Below are positions 21,961 through 32,308 of a DNA stretch of 64,000 nt, piece by piece; the stretch's first letter is position 1, and the number at the start of each line of letters is the position of its first letter. The translations under genes were made by a program, and so were the position numbers. This stretch comes from a virus (taxonomy: Duplodnaviria > Heunggongvirae > Uroviricota > Caudoviricetes), in the IMG/VR virus record IMGVR_UViG_2778261631_000002; one strand, 5' to 3'. Under the pieces are notes generated by a model. It made no database searches and was not told the DNA's origin. It saw only the letters and a program-made list of their open reading frames with translations.

Positions 21961-22959
21961 TTATCCGTTACCTCGCGACGGTTTCTGCGTGATAAACGTC
22001 TCAAGCATCTTTTCCGCGATTGCCGACCAGGTGTGACACTGGACCTTTTCAGCATTTTTCACGCGATCAACGCGAGCAATAACCTCATCCCAATCAATCC
22101 GCGACTTGATAACCATATGGTTCACCAAAGCCAGGCGATCTGGCGGAAGGCAATCTGGCGGCGTTAATATCAACGCCCCACACATTGCCGCCTCAAGAAC
22201 AGTTAATCCAAGGCTTTCGGGATGCGTAACGATAAAAACGTCACTCTTACGCAATTCAGCTGCAAATTCGGTTGCTGGTACCGGCGTCCGTCTGTATGGA
22301 GTTACCGAAATATTCCCCGGATCAATGGTAACCAATCCGTCATCGGTCAACGTTCTGGCCTCATACGGAACGGTCAGACGCTGAAGGTTCATAAGGATAC
22401 TTAAGGAGTGATCAAACCCACTAACATCAAATGCAGCGTGGTCTACAAAAATACGCAGAACATCGTCTGTCTTGGTTTCCAGATGGAACAGTTCCTGATT
22501 CGCTGCCCATCCAACATGTTTGTTAAAGCGATTATGACGCTCTAACCTGCCGGGATTATCCAGGTACCGCCAGGTATCATCGCGGACAGTAAAAGTAATA
22601 TCGACTGGTGCCGAATCCAGCATAGAACCGTCATATACCTGGGCCACCCATCCAGAGAATCGGCGACACAGTTGCATGCCTATTTCCCTGGGTACCGTAG
22701 TAAAATACCTCAATCCTGGTGCCAAAATGGCCTTCGCAGAACATGCGGTCGCAGCAGTCAACACAGCTTCAACATAATCCTCCGGGCTTTCGACGCCAGG
22801 GGAATATGGACGATGGTATTGCAATGTTACCCCTGCCTCACTAAAGGCGCAGGCCAGGTTATAAGCCCACATTTCCGTATATGTTTTCACATCACTGATG
22901 GCTTCAAATTTTCGCCCAATGATCAGGATGTTCATCGGCTTTTCCTCATTCCATTGCAT
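21961..22959 (-). CDS. GT-B fold glycosyltransferase (GT4-like), 332 aa, at the position downstream of ban
   Basis: C-terminal ...VFIVTHPESLGLTVLEAAMCGALIL... resembles the GT4 nucleotide-sugar binding region. Confidence 0.55.
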   Translation of the reverse strand: MQWNEEKPMNILIIGRKFEAISDVKTYTEMWAYNLACAFSEAGVTLQYHRPYSPGVESPEDYVEAVLTAATACSAKAILAPGLRYFTTVPREIGMQLCRRFSGWVAQVYDGSMLDSAPVDITFTVRDDTWRYLDNPGRLERHNRFNKHVGWAANQELFHLETKTDDVLRIFVDHAAFDVSGFDHSLSILMNLQRLTVPYEARTLTDDGLVTIDPGNISVTPYRRTPVPATEFAAELRKSDVFIVTHPESLGLTVLEAAMCGALILTPPDCLPPDRLALVNHMVIKSRIDWDEVIARVDRVKNAEKVQCHTWSAIAEKMLETFITQKPSRGNG

Positions 22960-24329
22960 TAATAATCCTCTTGCCAGTCAGCACCGGCATAGTTATCAAA
23001 CCGTGAGTATTGGCCGTTAAAAGCCAATCTCACCGTGCCAATTGGGCCATTTCGTTGCTTTCCGATAATTACCTCGGCAATGCCCTTCATTTCGCTATCC
23101 GGGTGATAAACTTCGTCGCGATACAGAAACATGATCAGGTCTGCGTCCTGCTCAATTGCTCCTGATTCACGTAAATCTGAATTTACCGGCCGTTTGTCCG
23201 CACGCTGTTCAAGCGATCGATTAAGTTGTGACAATGCCACCACCGGTACTTGTAATTCCTTCGCCAACGCCTTCAGTGAGCGAGAAATCTCGGCAATTTC
23301 CAGCGTTCGGTTATCTTGCAGCTCGGGGACGCGCATAAGTTGCAGGTAGTCGATCATAATCATGCTCAAACCACCATTTTCTTTATAAATACGACGAGCG
23401 CGGGAACGTAGCTCTGTCGGCGTCAGGGCACTTGAGTCATCAATAAAAATATTCTGCTTGTCCAACAGAATCCCCATTGCGCCAGAAACCCGCGCCCAAT
23501 CCTCGTCGTTAAGTTGCCCTGTTCGAATACGAGTCTGATCAACGCGTGCAAGAGAAGCCAGTGAGCGCATCATCAGCTGGTGGCTCGGCATCTCAAGGCT
23601 AAAAACCAATACTGGCTTATCGTTACGGACTGCGGCATTTTCGACGAGATTCATCGCAAACGTAGTCTTCCCCATCGATGGGCGGGCGGCGACAATAATG
23701 AGATCGGACGCCTGAAGTCCTGCCGTCTTCTTATTGAGATCGGTAAATCCGGTATCAAGCCCCGTTACACCATCATGCGGTCGCTGAAACAACTCTTCTA
23801 TGCGAGATACCGTTGCATCGAGAATGCTGGCGATATCTTTTGGACCACTACCGCTCTTTTGTCGTTTTTCAGCTATTTCAAAAACGCGGCGCTCGGCCAT
23901 ATCCAGCAATTCATTGCTGCCCCGGCCATCCTGCGCATATCCAGCTTCAGCTATTTCATTTGCGACGGAAATCATTTCACGAACAACCGCGCGTTCACGA
24001 ACGATATCCGCATAAGCACAAATATTTGCCGCGCTGGGCGTGTTCTTTGACATCTCCGCAAGGTACGCAAAACCACCGGCGCGTTCTAATTTACCGTTCT
24101 GTTCAAGTGCTTCAGCAAGTGTTATCAAATCAATCGGTTTGCCATGACTTAATAACCTCTCCATCTCACTGAAAATTTCACGATGAGCACTGGTATAAAA
24201 ATCATCAGCAACTATACGATCTGCAACTTCATCCCAGCGGCAGTTATCAAGCATTAAGCCACCAAGCACAGCTTGTTCTGCACTAAGGGAATTTGGCATG
24301 GATTCAAGAGGGGATGCAGACATTAACAC
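22959..24329 (-). CDS. ban: Ban, DnaB-family replicative helicase (456 aa)
   Basis: DnaB N-terminal domain and RecA-like core with Walker A (GKT) and Walker B motifs; context matches P1 ban. Confidence 0.85.
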   Translation of the reverse strand: MLMSASPLESMPNSLSAEQAVLGGLMLDNCRWDEVADRIVADDFYTSAHREIFSEMERLLSHGKPIDLITLAEALEQNGKLERAGGFAYLAEMSKNTPSAANICAYADIVRERAVVREMISVANEIAEAGYAQDGRGSNELLDMAERRVFEIAEKRQKSGSGPKDIASILDATVSRIEELFQRPHDGVTGLDTGFTDLNKKTAGLQASDLIIVAARPSMGKTTFAMNLVENAAVRNDKPVLVFSLEMPSHQLMMRSLASLARVDQTRIRTGQLNDEDWARVSGAMGILLDKQNIFIDDSSALTPTELRSRARRIYKENGGLSMIMIDYLQLMRVPELQDNRTLEIAEISRSLKALAKELQVPVVALSQLNRSLEQRADKRPVNSDLRESGAIEQDADLIMFLYRDEVYHPDSEMKGIAEVIIGKQRNGPIGTVRLAFNGQYSRFDNYAGADWQEDY

Positions 24330-24609
24330 TCCATCCTGGTGTGCTGAATGTCAGATATAATCGGCATACTCAAATCACTCCTAACGATATGAGTCATCAC
24401 CAGAAAATCAGGATTAATGCGCCGGACTCTTCCCGGCTGTCACACCGAATCGCCAGGATGGTGAATCCCTTTACCCGAAAAACAACAAACGGTGGCTTGC
24501 ACATTCCGGCTACCTGGTTCGTTGCCTGAGCTAGGGGCAAGGTTCCCCCCTTTTAACGTCACCAGACCGCTAACGACGCATGTGCCAGACGCCGTGTTAC
24601 AACCAAATG

Positions 24610-24685
24610 TGGTGGCCCCTACCGGACTTGAACCGGTGACCGTGCGATTATGAGTCGCCAGCTCTAACCACTGAGCTAAGGGGCC
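24610..24685 (-). tRNA. tRNA with anticodon CAU (Met, or Ile2 lysidine-type as P1 trnI)
   Basis: Cloverleaf GGCCCCT acceptor, GTGG D-loop, CUCAUAA anticodon loop, TTCAAGT T-loop, CCA end; 76 nt. Confidence 0.8.
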
Positions 24686-24688
24686 GGA

Positions 24689-24796
24689 TTACTGTTTACT
24701 AAGTGCTTCAATGGCGCTAACAATGCCGCCTACAACTATGGCAACAATAATAATGAGAACAATTGGATACTTGTCAGCAAAATCCCAGAAGCCCAT
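24689..24796 (-). CDS. Small membrane protein, 35 aa (P1 tciC-like position)
   Basis: ATG overlaps the stop of the upstream small ORF (TGATG); hydrophobic core PIVLIIIVAIVVGGIV. Confidence 0.4.
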   Translation of the reverse strand: MGFWDFADKYPIVLIIIVAIVVGGIVSAIEALSKQ

Positions 24797-24960
24797 CACT
24801 GATCCTTCGAAGCTATTTTAAATATCGGCCATACCAATGTTACAGCTACTGCCACCAACGCCCCGTCCGATAAAACTGACAGGATTGTGCTGGTGAAATC
24901 CACCAGCACGGACAGCAAGAGAAAACCAATGGCGATTGCGATACGTGCCTTGCTTGTCAT
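24796..24960 (-). CDS. Small membrane protein, 54 aa (P1 tciB-like position)
   Basis: ATG overlaps the tciA stop (TAATG); hydrophobic segments. Confidence 0.4.
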   Translation of the reverse strand: MTSKARIAIAIGFLLLSVLVDFTSTILSVLSDGALVAVAVTLVWPIFKIASKDQ

Positions 24961-25394
24961 TACAGATAATCTTCCACACGAAGACCTAAACGACGGCCTA
25001 CTTCTTCCAGTACTTTGTGTTCTGCTGGCTCGATTTCACCGTCCGCTTCTGCAATTGTCAGCATGTTAACGAATACTTCTTCCGCTTCTTTTGGATCGTT
25101 TTTGATATCTTCAATTTCGCGAAGGATATTCATGCGACCAACACGGAAGCCAGCTTCCAGTTGCTCGGTAAAGCGGGTAATTGTTGCAGTAATTTCGTTA
25201 CCAAAATGACTAAGACGCGGATTAGAGCGGACAAGCTGATCAAGTTTCGCTGTTTCTTCTTTTTCGATTTCACCATCAGCGGCAGACACCAACAAACAGC
25301 CACCGATAATGGCCTCCATCAGATCGCGATTCTCAACTTTTTTCAGCTCTACTTTTGCAGAAGCGACTTTCTTGCCGAACAATTTACCGAACAT
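24960..25394 (-). CDS. tciA: TerB-like tellurite-resistance-family protein (144 aa)
   Basis: TerB-like repeats (...AADGEIEKEE... / ...EADGEIEPAEH...); lies upstream of ban as P1 tciA does. Confidence 0.65.
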   Translation of the reverse strand: MFGKLFGKKVASAKVELKKVENRDLMEAIIGGCLLVSAADGEIEKEETAKLDQLVRSNPRLSHFGNEITATITRFTEQLEAGFRVGRMNILREIEDIKNDPKEAEEVFVNMLTIAEADGEIEPAEHKVLEEVGRRLGLRVEDYL

Positions 25395-25418
25395 TGGTTA
25401 TCCCTCAATAAAAGTGAC

Positions 25419-25435
25419 ATATTTATTAGATTGCG
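25419..25435 (-). promoter_or_regulatory. Possible C1 operator-like site upstream of tciA
   Basis: Minus strand CGCAATCTAATAAATAT, 11/17 (the 3' part matches). Confidence 0.3.
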
Positions 25436-25559
25436 GTGCCGGGTTCCTCCCGGTGTCCTTTGGCTGGTTATCCACCGTGGACGTGGAAACAAGGAGAAAT
25501 AATGGACAGATATAACCATTTCCCCGCGTGCGCTTAGCCGCATTCACCGCAACGGAAAG

Positions 25560-26320
25560 AGCATTCTTGGTGGACCTGTAGATTGGGATATGAACCCGTT
25601 ACAGGAGAATGCTCTTACCTGTTACGTGCTCCGTTTCGTGGAGCTAACGGCGGGTGATCGGGCCGCACCAGACTGGACTTATTTCAGCGTTATGCTCATG
25701 CCAGAGAATCAAACTGTGATGGTCGGTGCTGAACTCCGACACAGGGTTGTAGCAAGCCCCGCAAAGCGCGCACTACTGTAGTTGCGGCACATCAGCCTGT
25801 GCATTCACCACAATGTTGAGAACACTGGTTGTCACGCTGCAACGCAACATTTATTCGTAGATTGGGATATGACCCCGTTACGCCAGTGTTCTCAACGTTG
25901 TAGTGCCGGTTACGGTTCCGGCCAGGCCTCTTCCTCAACGGGGTGTTCTCCATACGGACTACCGTTTATTGGTCGTTCCTGCGGTTTATGTTGTGAAGCC
26001 AGATGCTTATCTTCTGGTTGCTTCAAAGAGCTGCACTTCATCACAACGGTAAGAGCACTCGATGCATTTAAGCCAAGCCCCATAAGGGAGAATGCCCTTA
26101 CCTGTTGTGTTGTGATGACCGGTGCTGATCTCCGGCTTGCGGTTATTTCAGACTCTCACGGGCGTTTAATTGCCCCGCCGAACAGCTCTTTTCCGCAATA
26201 GCTGCAATGTCTTTCGCGCATCAGCCTGCGCATTCATCACAACGGTAAGGGTACTTCGTAGGGATTCGAACCCTCTGCCAAGCTCGGCGATCTCCGACGT
26301 CGCAAAATACCCTTACCTGT
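25560..26320. repeat. Non-coding block of repeats and long inverted repeats with tRNA-like T-arm fragments
   Basis: Recurring GTAGATTGGGATATGA(A/C)CCCGTTAC units (about 25566 and 25850); inverted repeats CACAACGGTAAGGG...CCCTTACCTGTTGTG enclosing GGGTTCGAATCCC (26240-26318) and similar at 26037-26112 and 25810-25900; no convincing ORF. Confidence 0.5.
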
Positions 26321-26325
26321 TGTGC

Positions 26326-26401
26326 TGGTGCCGATTAACGGACTCGAACCGCTGACATCCTGCTTACAAGGCAGGCGCTCTACCAACTGAGCTAAACCGG
26401 C
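26326..26401 (-). tRNA. tRNA-Thr (anticodon UGU)
   Basis: 76-nt cloverleaf GCCGGTTTAGCTCAGTTGGTAGAGC...CUUGUAA loop...GGTTCGAGTCC...CCA. Confidence 0.85.
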
Positions 26402-26403
26402 AT

Positions 26404-26479
26404 TGGCGATGGTGGATGGATTTGAACCATCGACCCGTTGATTAACAGTCAACCGCTCTAACCGCTGAGCTACACCATC
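26404..26479 (-). tRNA. tRNA-Asn (anticodon GUU)
   Basis: 76-nt cloverleaf GATGGTG acceptor, CUGUUAA anticodon loop, GGTTCAAATCC T-arm; 2 nt from tRNA-Thr. Confidence 0.85.
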
Positions 26480-26943
26480 ACTTGCCGGGTACGTCTCCGG
26501 CGAGGGCTTCCACCTCCGTATGCTTTTCGGCGCACCGCGCCCTGGCTGCAATTCGGTAACAGGGGATGCACAACCCTGGCTTCCAGCGTGATTAGCGCCT
26601 TCAGCATGACGGGATATACCCGTAAATTCGTGGAACTGTACCCAAAGTGCTGTTAAGCACCGCTGTTACGCTGAAAAGAAAACGCAACAGGAAAGGACGC
26701 TGACCAACAGATGGCCCCTTCTCGTTCATCTGGTTAATCACACCAGCGCCCTTACCTGTTGTGCCTCCCCGTTCCCTAATACACAGACGGGGACACTCTG
26801 CGGTCGATTTTTTGACGGGGGACGACTCATACCCCGTGGCATCTGGCTTCTTAGGCCGCTACCATCATCAGATCATCGTTTGCATTTACTTTAATGGTCA
26901 GTTTCTAAACCGCCGCAAAGTCGCTAACCATGACGAAAACCCT

Positions 26944-26970
26944 GAAAAAAACGCCCACCCGAAGATGGGC
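26944..26970 (-). terminator. Rho-independent terminator with UUCG tetraloop, about 180 nt downstream of dmt
   Basis: Minus strand GCCCAUC-UUCG-GGUGGGC followed by GUUUUUUU. Confidence 0.6.
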
Positions 26971-27144
26971 AAACTGGAAGCTCGTAACGCACTTCGGCGT
27001 TGCCACTTAGGCGCATGGTCAACCTGGCAACTCGGTGGTTTGTCTGGGAGGACTAGGCCCAGCCATGCTTACCGCCGCGCCTGTCGCGGCTAACAGCTAA
27101 ATCGCTCTATAAATCACGATTCATTGAGGCGATATTACACTAAT

Positions 27145-27161
27145 AAATTTATTAGAGCAAT
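27145..27161 (-). promoter_or_regulatory. C1 operator, exact consensus, overlapping the dmt stop
   Basis: Minus strand ATTGCTCTAATAAATTT, 17/17. Confidence 0.65.
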
Positions 27162-29416
27162 ATACCCAAAACGTCATGAGCTACACCTCGAGTGTCCCCC
27201 TTACAAGACACAGAACGTCTGGCAAAAAGAGGTTCCACTCTGAAGCCACTGTCATGATAAAGCTCTCTGATGTTTGGCGCGCCACTGTTAGTAATGAGAA
27301 CCTTTGCACCTCGACGATGAGCATCCGTCAACAGAGACACCAGGCGTTTTTGCTCTTCAAACTTAAAGTCATGACCGGAATAGTTCGTGAATCCCTCTGT
27401 ATTTGGAAGCGGTTCATACGGCGGATCGCAAAAGATGACATCTCCTTCTCCGGCAGCTTCAATCACCGCTGCAAAATCACCGCATACAAACTCAGACCGC
27501 CCTTCCGCACCGAGGAAGGCTTCCATCTCCTGTAATGGGAAATACGGAGTTTTATACTTCCCATAACCGACATTGAACTCACCGGCCTGGTTGTAACGCG
27601 TCAATCCGTTAAAACAATGTCGGTTCAGGAACAAAAACGCCGCTGCGCGATGTAAATCATCATAGACTTGTTTGTTAAACGCATTCCGTACTGCCAGGTA
27701 TCCTTCCTGTGTGTTGTAGTCCTGGAAGAAACGATGTGCCAGAGTGATAAGTGAATGCGCCTCGCGTTGCAGAGTCTTGTAAAAGTTAATCAGGTCAGCA
27801 TTCACATCATTTAGCAGATTTTCCTGGTATCCGGCATTCATGAAGACAGCTCCGCCACCAACGAAAGGTTCAATCAGGCGCTTCCCTTCTGGCAAATAGC
27901 GAAAGATTTGTTCCAGAACACCAAATTTTCCACCAGCCCATTTGAATATGGACCGTTCGAATTCTGCCGCTGGTTTAACTTTTCGCTCTTTTGTTTCACT
28001 TCCTTCTTTCTGCCGACATACGGCCTTAGTAATCCGATCGCCAATCCAGCGCATTACTGGTATTGCCATACTATTGCCGATCGCTTTGTAACGCGGTCCG
28101 TCAGCTGCAAGCATCGCGGCCTCTTCTTCGCTTAAATCTGGATAGTGATTGCGAAGATATGCCAGTTCATCTGAATTAACTTTTTTACGCTTTTCCGTCG
28201 GGATCAACGTATGCCCATCAGGAAAACCTTGCAGCCTTTCACATTCGACAGGGGTAAGACGGCGGACAGCTACTTCTGCGTTTCTTACTTCATAGCAAAC
28301 AGCTGTTGGATTTTTAGCCATTAGAGATGGTGAAGTATTCTTAGTTGCAGCATGTTGTGTACCGCTCATACGCTCAGGAAAAGCCAATGTAACAAGATGC
28401 TCATGGCTTTCTTGCTCACGTGCCCGCAATGTACCATGCCCTTCTGACCAAAAACCTGCTCCTGTGCTGCTAAAAACGGCAAGGTCAGTGGCATCTTTAA
28501 AATCTCTTGCCTTTACTGTCGATGCGGTTTCATCGTCAATATATTCCCCAAATGCCGCCATCCTGAAACCGTTTACGGCTTTCGTCGATTTCATACCGGG
28601 AGACATGCCAGCGTGTAGGCATGGATTTAGGCTTTCGCCACTGATTGCAGCGCCATTTGCAGTAATGGCGGAAGCGATTTCCTTCTTTTTTCGGCTCGGC
28701 GCAATATTCCGGCGCACGCCTTCGAACTCAAAAAGTACCGTTGCGGGATCGAGGTCTGTTCGAGCACTTGCGACAACAAACACGCGTCGGCGTCGTTGTG
28801 CCACTCCGAAGTATTGGGCATCAAGGATTCTCCAGGCCACCTTTCGCTGCGGTCCATAAATACAACCACACTGCGGCCACTTTGGAACATGGCAACCGGT
28901 TTTGCCATCCCACCGCCAGAACGCGTTGCTTTTTCCTGATTCAGGTCGATCACCTGGTTCAAATGGCACATCTTCTCCAGCCAATCCGGCAAGGAAACAT
29001 CCGAAGGCGTTATCTGCGGATGACAAGACTCCTGGGACATTTTCCCAGACGATAACGGCTGGTTTGAGAAATGACTCAGCCCGTTTGTCGTCAATTGCAT
29101 TTGCAAGCTCCACATACTTTAAAGTTAGCGCGCCACGCTCATCATCAAGCCCACCACGTAAGCCCGCGATACTGAATGCCTGACAAGGTGTTCCCCCGAC
29201 GAGCACATCAGGGGATTCGATTTCCCCAGCCAGGACTTTTTTGGCAAGTTTTGTCATGTCGCCAAGGTTGGCGACATGGGGCCAGCGGTGCGCAAGAACG
29301 GCAGATGGAAAAGACTCGATTTCAGCAAACCACACCGGACGCATACCCAACGGTTCCCAGGCAATACTCGCGGCTTCAATTCCACTGCAAACAGATCCAT
29401 AGCACAGCTCTTTCAC
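27152..29416 (-). CDS. dmt: Dmt, fused C5-cytosine and N6-adenine (Dam-like) DNA methyltransferase (754 aa)
   Basis: N-terminal C5-MTase motifs ([17 protein letters not shown]); C-terminal Dam-like region with DPPY. Confidence 0.8.
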   Translation of the reverse strand: MKELCYGSVCSGIEAASIAWEPLGMRPVWFAEIESFPSAVLAHRWPHVANLGDMTKLAKKVLAGEIESPDVLVGGTPCQAFSIAGLRGGLDDERGALTLKYVELANAIDDKRAESFLKPAVIVWENVPGVLSSADNAFGCFLAGLAGEDVPFEPGDRPESGKSNAFWRWDGKTGCHVPKWPQCGCIYGPQRKVAWRILDAQYFGVAQRRRRVFVVASARTDLDPATVLFEFEGVRRNIAPSRKKKEIASAITANGAAISGESLNPCLHAGMSPGMKSTKAVNGFRMAAFGEYIDDETASTVKARDFKDATDLAVFSSTGAGFWSEGHGTLRAREQESHEHLVTLAFPERMSGTQHAATKNTSPSLMAKNPTAVCYEVRNAEVAVRRLTPVECERLQGFPDGHTLIPTEKRKKVNSDELAYLRNHYPDLSEEEAAMLAADGPRYKAIGNSMAIPVMRWIGDRITKAVCRQKEGSETKERKVKPAAEFERSIFKWAGGKFGVLEQIFRYLPEGKRLIEPFVGGGAVFMNAGYQENLLNDVNADLINFYKTLQREAHSLITLAHRFFQDYNTQEGYLAVRNAFNKQVYDDLHRAAAFLFLNRHCFNGLTRYNQAGEFNVGYGKYKTPYFPLQEMEAFLGAEGRSEFVCGDFAAVIEAAGEGDVIFCDPPYEPLPNTEGFTNYSGHDFKFEEQKRLVSLLTDAHRRGAKVLITNSGAPNIRELYHDSGFRVEPLFARRSVSCKGDTRGVAHDVLGILL

Positions 29417-30318
29417 TGCTTAGCCTCTCCACCAAGGGCATTTACCAGAGCATCAACCAGGCACGAAATTTCACTGGTCAACAGGAAGAAATCTGCGTCC
29501 AGTCGCTGCGCAACATCTTCACTATCAATATCAGAGTTCTGCTCAAGCAATTCATCCGCAAATTTGACGCTGGTAAGGCTGAAGTTATGGTCCAGTGTAA
29601 ATTTAATGCGGTTCTGCCAGTCGAGTGCCAACTTAGTGACGAGCTTGCCAGCTTCCAGGTGTGTGGAAATTTCATCGCTTCCCAAATCCTGCTTTTTCAC
29701 TCGGGCAATACCGCCATCCTCAAGCACTGCCTTAAGTTCTGCCGCATCCCCCATTTGAAATCCCTGTGGAGCACTACCATCACGTACCCAGTCGGTCAGC
29801 GTTAACTCAATGGGATTTTCAACACTTAGGGGAACAACAGGAAGAGAACCCAGAGATTTACGCATAAGCGCGAGCATATCCTCTGCCTGCCGCGCGCTGG
29901 CATTGATATAGATACGTTTAGTTGAACCGTCGTAGATCGCCTGGATAACAGAAAACTTTGAAAAAGCCCGTGGCAGAAGAGAATGCAGAACTTCGTCTTT
30001 CAGGGAGTCCTTCTCTGTTTTCTTCAGTTTACGCGCTTGTTCTTGCTCAAGTTTTTCAATTTTTTCTTGAATAGCTCGCTGGATAACCGGCGGGGGAAGA
30101 ATTTTTGTTTCGCGCTTTGCTTCAACAAGGATAAAACCATTTCCATGCATAGCGATAACTTCGGAATTATCACCAAATGGCGATACAAAACCGAACTTGG
30201 CCATATCCTGACTACCGCATGGTGTGAAAAGGATCATTTTCTTTTTATCTTCTAAGTCGGTCAGATCCGCCTCACGAGAAAGTTTATAAATAGTAATATT
30301 TTTCCAGTGCTTAAACAT
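29413..30318 (-). CDS. hrdC: RdgC homolog (recombination-associated protein), start taken at [13 protein letters not shown]
   Basis: High similarity along the length to E. coli RdgC (...[10 protein letters not shown]...[22 protein letters not shown]...LGGEA...). Confidence 0.75.
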   Translation of the reverse strand: MFKHWKNITIYKLSREADLTDLEDKKKMILFTPCGSQDMAKFGFVSPFGDNSEVIAMHGNGFILVEAKRETKILPPPVIQRAIQEKIEKLEQEQARKLKKTEKDSLKDEVLHSLLPRAFSKFSVIQAIYDGSTKRIYINASARQAEDMLALMRKSLGSLPVVPLSVENPIELTLTDWVRDGSAPQGFQMGDAAELKAVLEDGGIARVKKQDLGSDEISTHLEAGKLVTKLALDWQNRIKFTLDHNFSLTSVKFADELLEQNSDIDSEDVAQRLDADFFLLTSEISCLVDALVNALGGEAKQ

Positions 30319-30667
30319 GTTGTAACCCTTGAATATCAACCACAGAAAGCTCGTCTTTATAGAAAAAGGCCAAGTTGTGGCACCCCCTCGTTTGAGCGTA
30401 TGAGCTGGGACCAATTTCGTTCTTCCAGACAAATGGCTTCAAATCCGTACGGCGAAGCATAAAAACGCGATTTGTTCCGCTCTGATTCCCAATGAGGCAA
30501 AAGCCTTCTTTCACCTTGATAGCCTGCAAGTTGTCGAGTTCACCGCTGGTTACACGGCTATCGAACTCCTTGCGGCTTATTAGCTCCATCTGCATCTGAC
30601 GACTCCAAACAAATGCCCATTGAAGGGCGATGGCTGAATGGTACCGAAAACACGATATAAAAAACAA
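30311..30667 (-). CDS. Hypothetical protein upstream of hrdC (start uncertain, possibly the internal MQMELIS)
   Basis: First ORF after the C1 operator at 30667. Confidence 0.45.
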   Translation of the reverse strand: MFFISCFRYHSAIALQWAFVWSRQMQMELISRKEFDSRVTSGELDNLQAIKVKEGFCLIGNQSGTNRVFMLRRTDLKPFVWKNEIGPSSYAQTRGCHNLAFFYKDELSVVDIQGLQHV

Positions 30668-30683
30668 TATTTATTAGAGCAAT
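30667..30683 (-). promoter_or_regulatory. C1 operator upstream of the hrdC-dmt operon, in a divergent region
   Basis: Minus strand ATTGCTCTAATAAATAT, 16/17. Confidence 0.6.
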
Positions 30684-30764
30684 TTTGTAATAAGTAAACG
30701 CCATACAGACCACAAATAACCTAAGTTAAAATAACGAAAATCAGAGCAAATCCTTGGTGACGAC

Positions 30765-31049
30765 GTGGCAAGTATTGCAACAAAAGACAGCATTTGTTCG
30801 GGGCACGGAGGATTCCCATCCAGGCCTCCTGTAGAGAGTGAACCACTACTTAAAGTCAACGGAGTCGAAGTGTTAGTTGATGGTAAGCAATATGCACAGC
30901 ATACCGATGGAAACAGTACGCACGGTGGGCAAGCTATATCAACCAGGGCATGGTTTACCGTCAATGGTAAAGGGATCGTATGCGTTGGTGACCCTGTTTC
31001 ATGCGGATCTACCGTAGCGTCCGGAGACGGCCTGGTTCAGGTAAGTTAG
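30765..31049 (+). CDS. PAAR-like small Gly/Cys-rich protein (94 aa)
   Basis: ICSGHGG and VCVGDPVSCGS motifs resemble PAAR-repeat spike-tip proteins; tentative. Confidence 0.4.
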   Translation: MASIATKDSICSGHGGFPSRPPVESEPLLKVNGVEVLVDGKQYAQHTDGNSTHGGQAISTRAWFTVNGKGIVCVGDPVSCGSTVASGDGLVQVS

Positions 31050-31057
31050 GAGATATC

Positions 31058-31846
31058 ATGCTGGAAAAAGACTACCAGTTATCCGCATATAAAAAATTGG
31101 CCGCAGCCGGTGGGATGAAAACACCTGGTGCCATAACATCGGCACGAAACAGTGCTAACACGGCAAAACAGCTTGCAGAAGAATTGATCGGATTAATTTT
31201 GGATACAATTGTCTATCCCGACACTATTACCAGTTATGTTTCAACGATCAGAACAACCACAACAGGCTTAACGAACATTGTCGAACTGGCAACTAAGCAC
31301 GCGGACCTGTTGGCTGGTTATGCAGATCTGTCAATGCTGCTTCAACTCGATATTGGTTGGGATGTTTACTGCCGTGCTAATGAGCGAGAAGTTTCAGAAC
31401 TGCCGATCTCTATTGCCATTGGTGATGTGACTATTACTAAATCGCTTGAGGACGCTGTTAACGCGCTTAATACATCAAGTTTAGTCGCTGCTATGGGGGA
31501 GATTAACCAGACCCTTAACACTGGCTCAGGAAGCTCGTCAGGCTCTGGTTCAGGCGGCGGCACTGCCACTCCCCCACCAGCACTAACAGAAGAGCAAATT
31601 GAATCTCTGAAAGTAGCAACTGAACAGTTTGGGGTTGTTTTCAACCAGACAACAGCGCCCACAACTGCGTTACAACAGCAGTATGAACGAGCGAATGAAA
31701 GCGCCAACGTAGCCATAACTGCTTATAACCATGCTATCGGTACCGCGCTTGCGGAAGCATCAGCAAATAAGGCCAGCACAGCCAGCGCAGTTGCCGCTTT
31801 GGTTCCTGATTCTGTTCTTGATGAATTAAACAAAGCGGCACAGTAA
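31058..31846 (+). CDS. Hypothetical protein with Gly/Ser linker (about 262 aa)
   Basis: ORF starting at MLEKDYQ; GSGSSSGSGSGGG low-complexity linker. Confidence 0.5.
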   Translation: MLEKDYQLSAYKKLAAAGGMKTPGAITSARNSANTAKQLAEELIGLILDTIVYPDTITSYVSTIRTTTTGLTNIVELATKHADLLAGYADLSMLLQLDIGWDVYCRANEREVSELPISIAIGDVTITKSLEDAVNALNTSSLVAAMGEINQTLNTGSGSSSGSGSGGGTATPPPALTEEQIESLKVATEQFGVVFNQTTAPTTALQQQYERANESANVAITAYNHAIGTALAEASANKASTASAVAALVPDSVLDELNKAAQ

Positions 31847-31885
31847 CAAAGGACTTCATTGATAATTTTTCTTCAGGAGGAAGAC

Positions 31886-32308
31886 ATGTCATTCTTTTCT
31901 ACGTTAAAAACAGCTTTGTCTTTGAAGGAGAAACTTGCTGCTACTGGTGTTCTTGTTCTGATTTGCGCACTTGTTGGTGCTGGGTTTGCATGGGAACGTC
32001 ATCAGCTAAAGCAAGCCATGGAGAAAATTGGCAGTCTTGATCAGGCTGTTAAGGAACGTGATAAGTCAATAATGGATCTTAACCAGACCATTGAGACGAT
32101 GAACAAAGCAGAGCAACATTTTCACAGCCAGGAAGTGAAAAATGAATCAGAACAAGCCAAATATGCTGACAGGCAAATGGAACGAAAAGCTGAAGTTCAG
32201 AAACAACTGGTTGCGGCGGGTAATGTTCGCCAGCGTATTCCTGCTGACACTCAGCGGTTGCTCCGGGAGTCGATCAGCGAATTTAACGCCGACGCCGACA
32301 AAGGTTAA
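31886..32308 (+). CDS. Rz-like i-spanin candidate: N-terminal TM anchor plus periplasmic coiled coil (P1 ppfA-like)
   Basis: MSFFSTLKTALSLKEKLAATGVLVLICALVGAG TM segment followed by coiled coil; overlaps the lipoprotein gene. Confidence 0.5.
   Translation: MSFFSTLKTALSLKEKLAATGVLVLICALVGAGFAWERHQLKQAMEKIGSLDQAVKERDKSIMDLNQTIETMNKAEQHFHSQEVKNESEQAKYADRQMERKAEVQKQLVAAGNVRQRIPADTQRLLRESISEFNADADKG

Noticed and set aside
25782-26201. Cys-rich plus-strand ORF of 139 aa in the tRNA-proximal region
   Set aside because: No RBS, composition driven by GC-rich inverted repeats, and opposite to the local transcription direction; more likely structured RNA or decayed sequence (see the finding for 25560-26320).
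26237-26551. Minus-strand ORF of 104 aa
   Set aside because: It runs straight through the tRNA-Thr and tRNA-Asn genes and a tRNA-like fragment; not coding.
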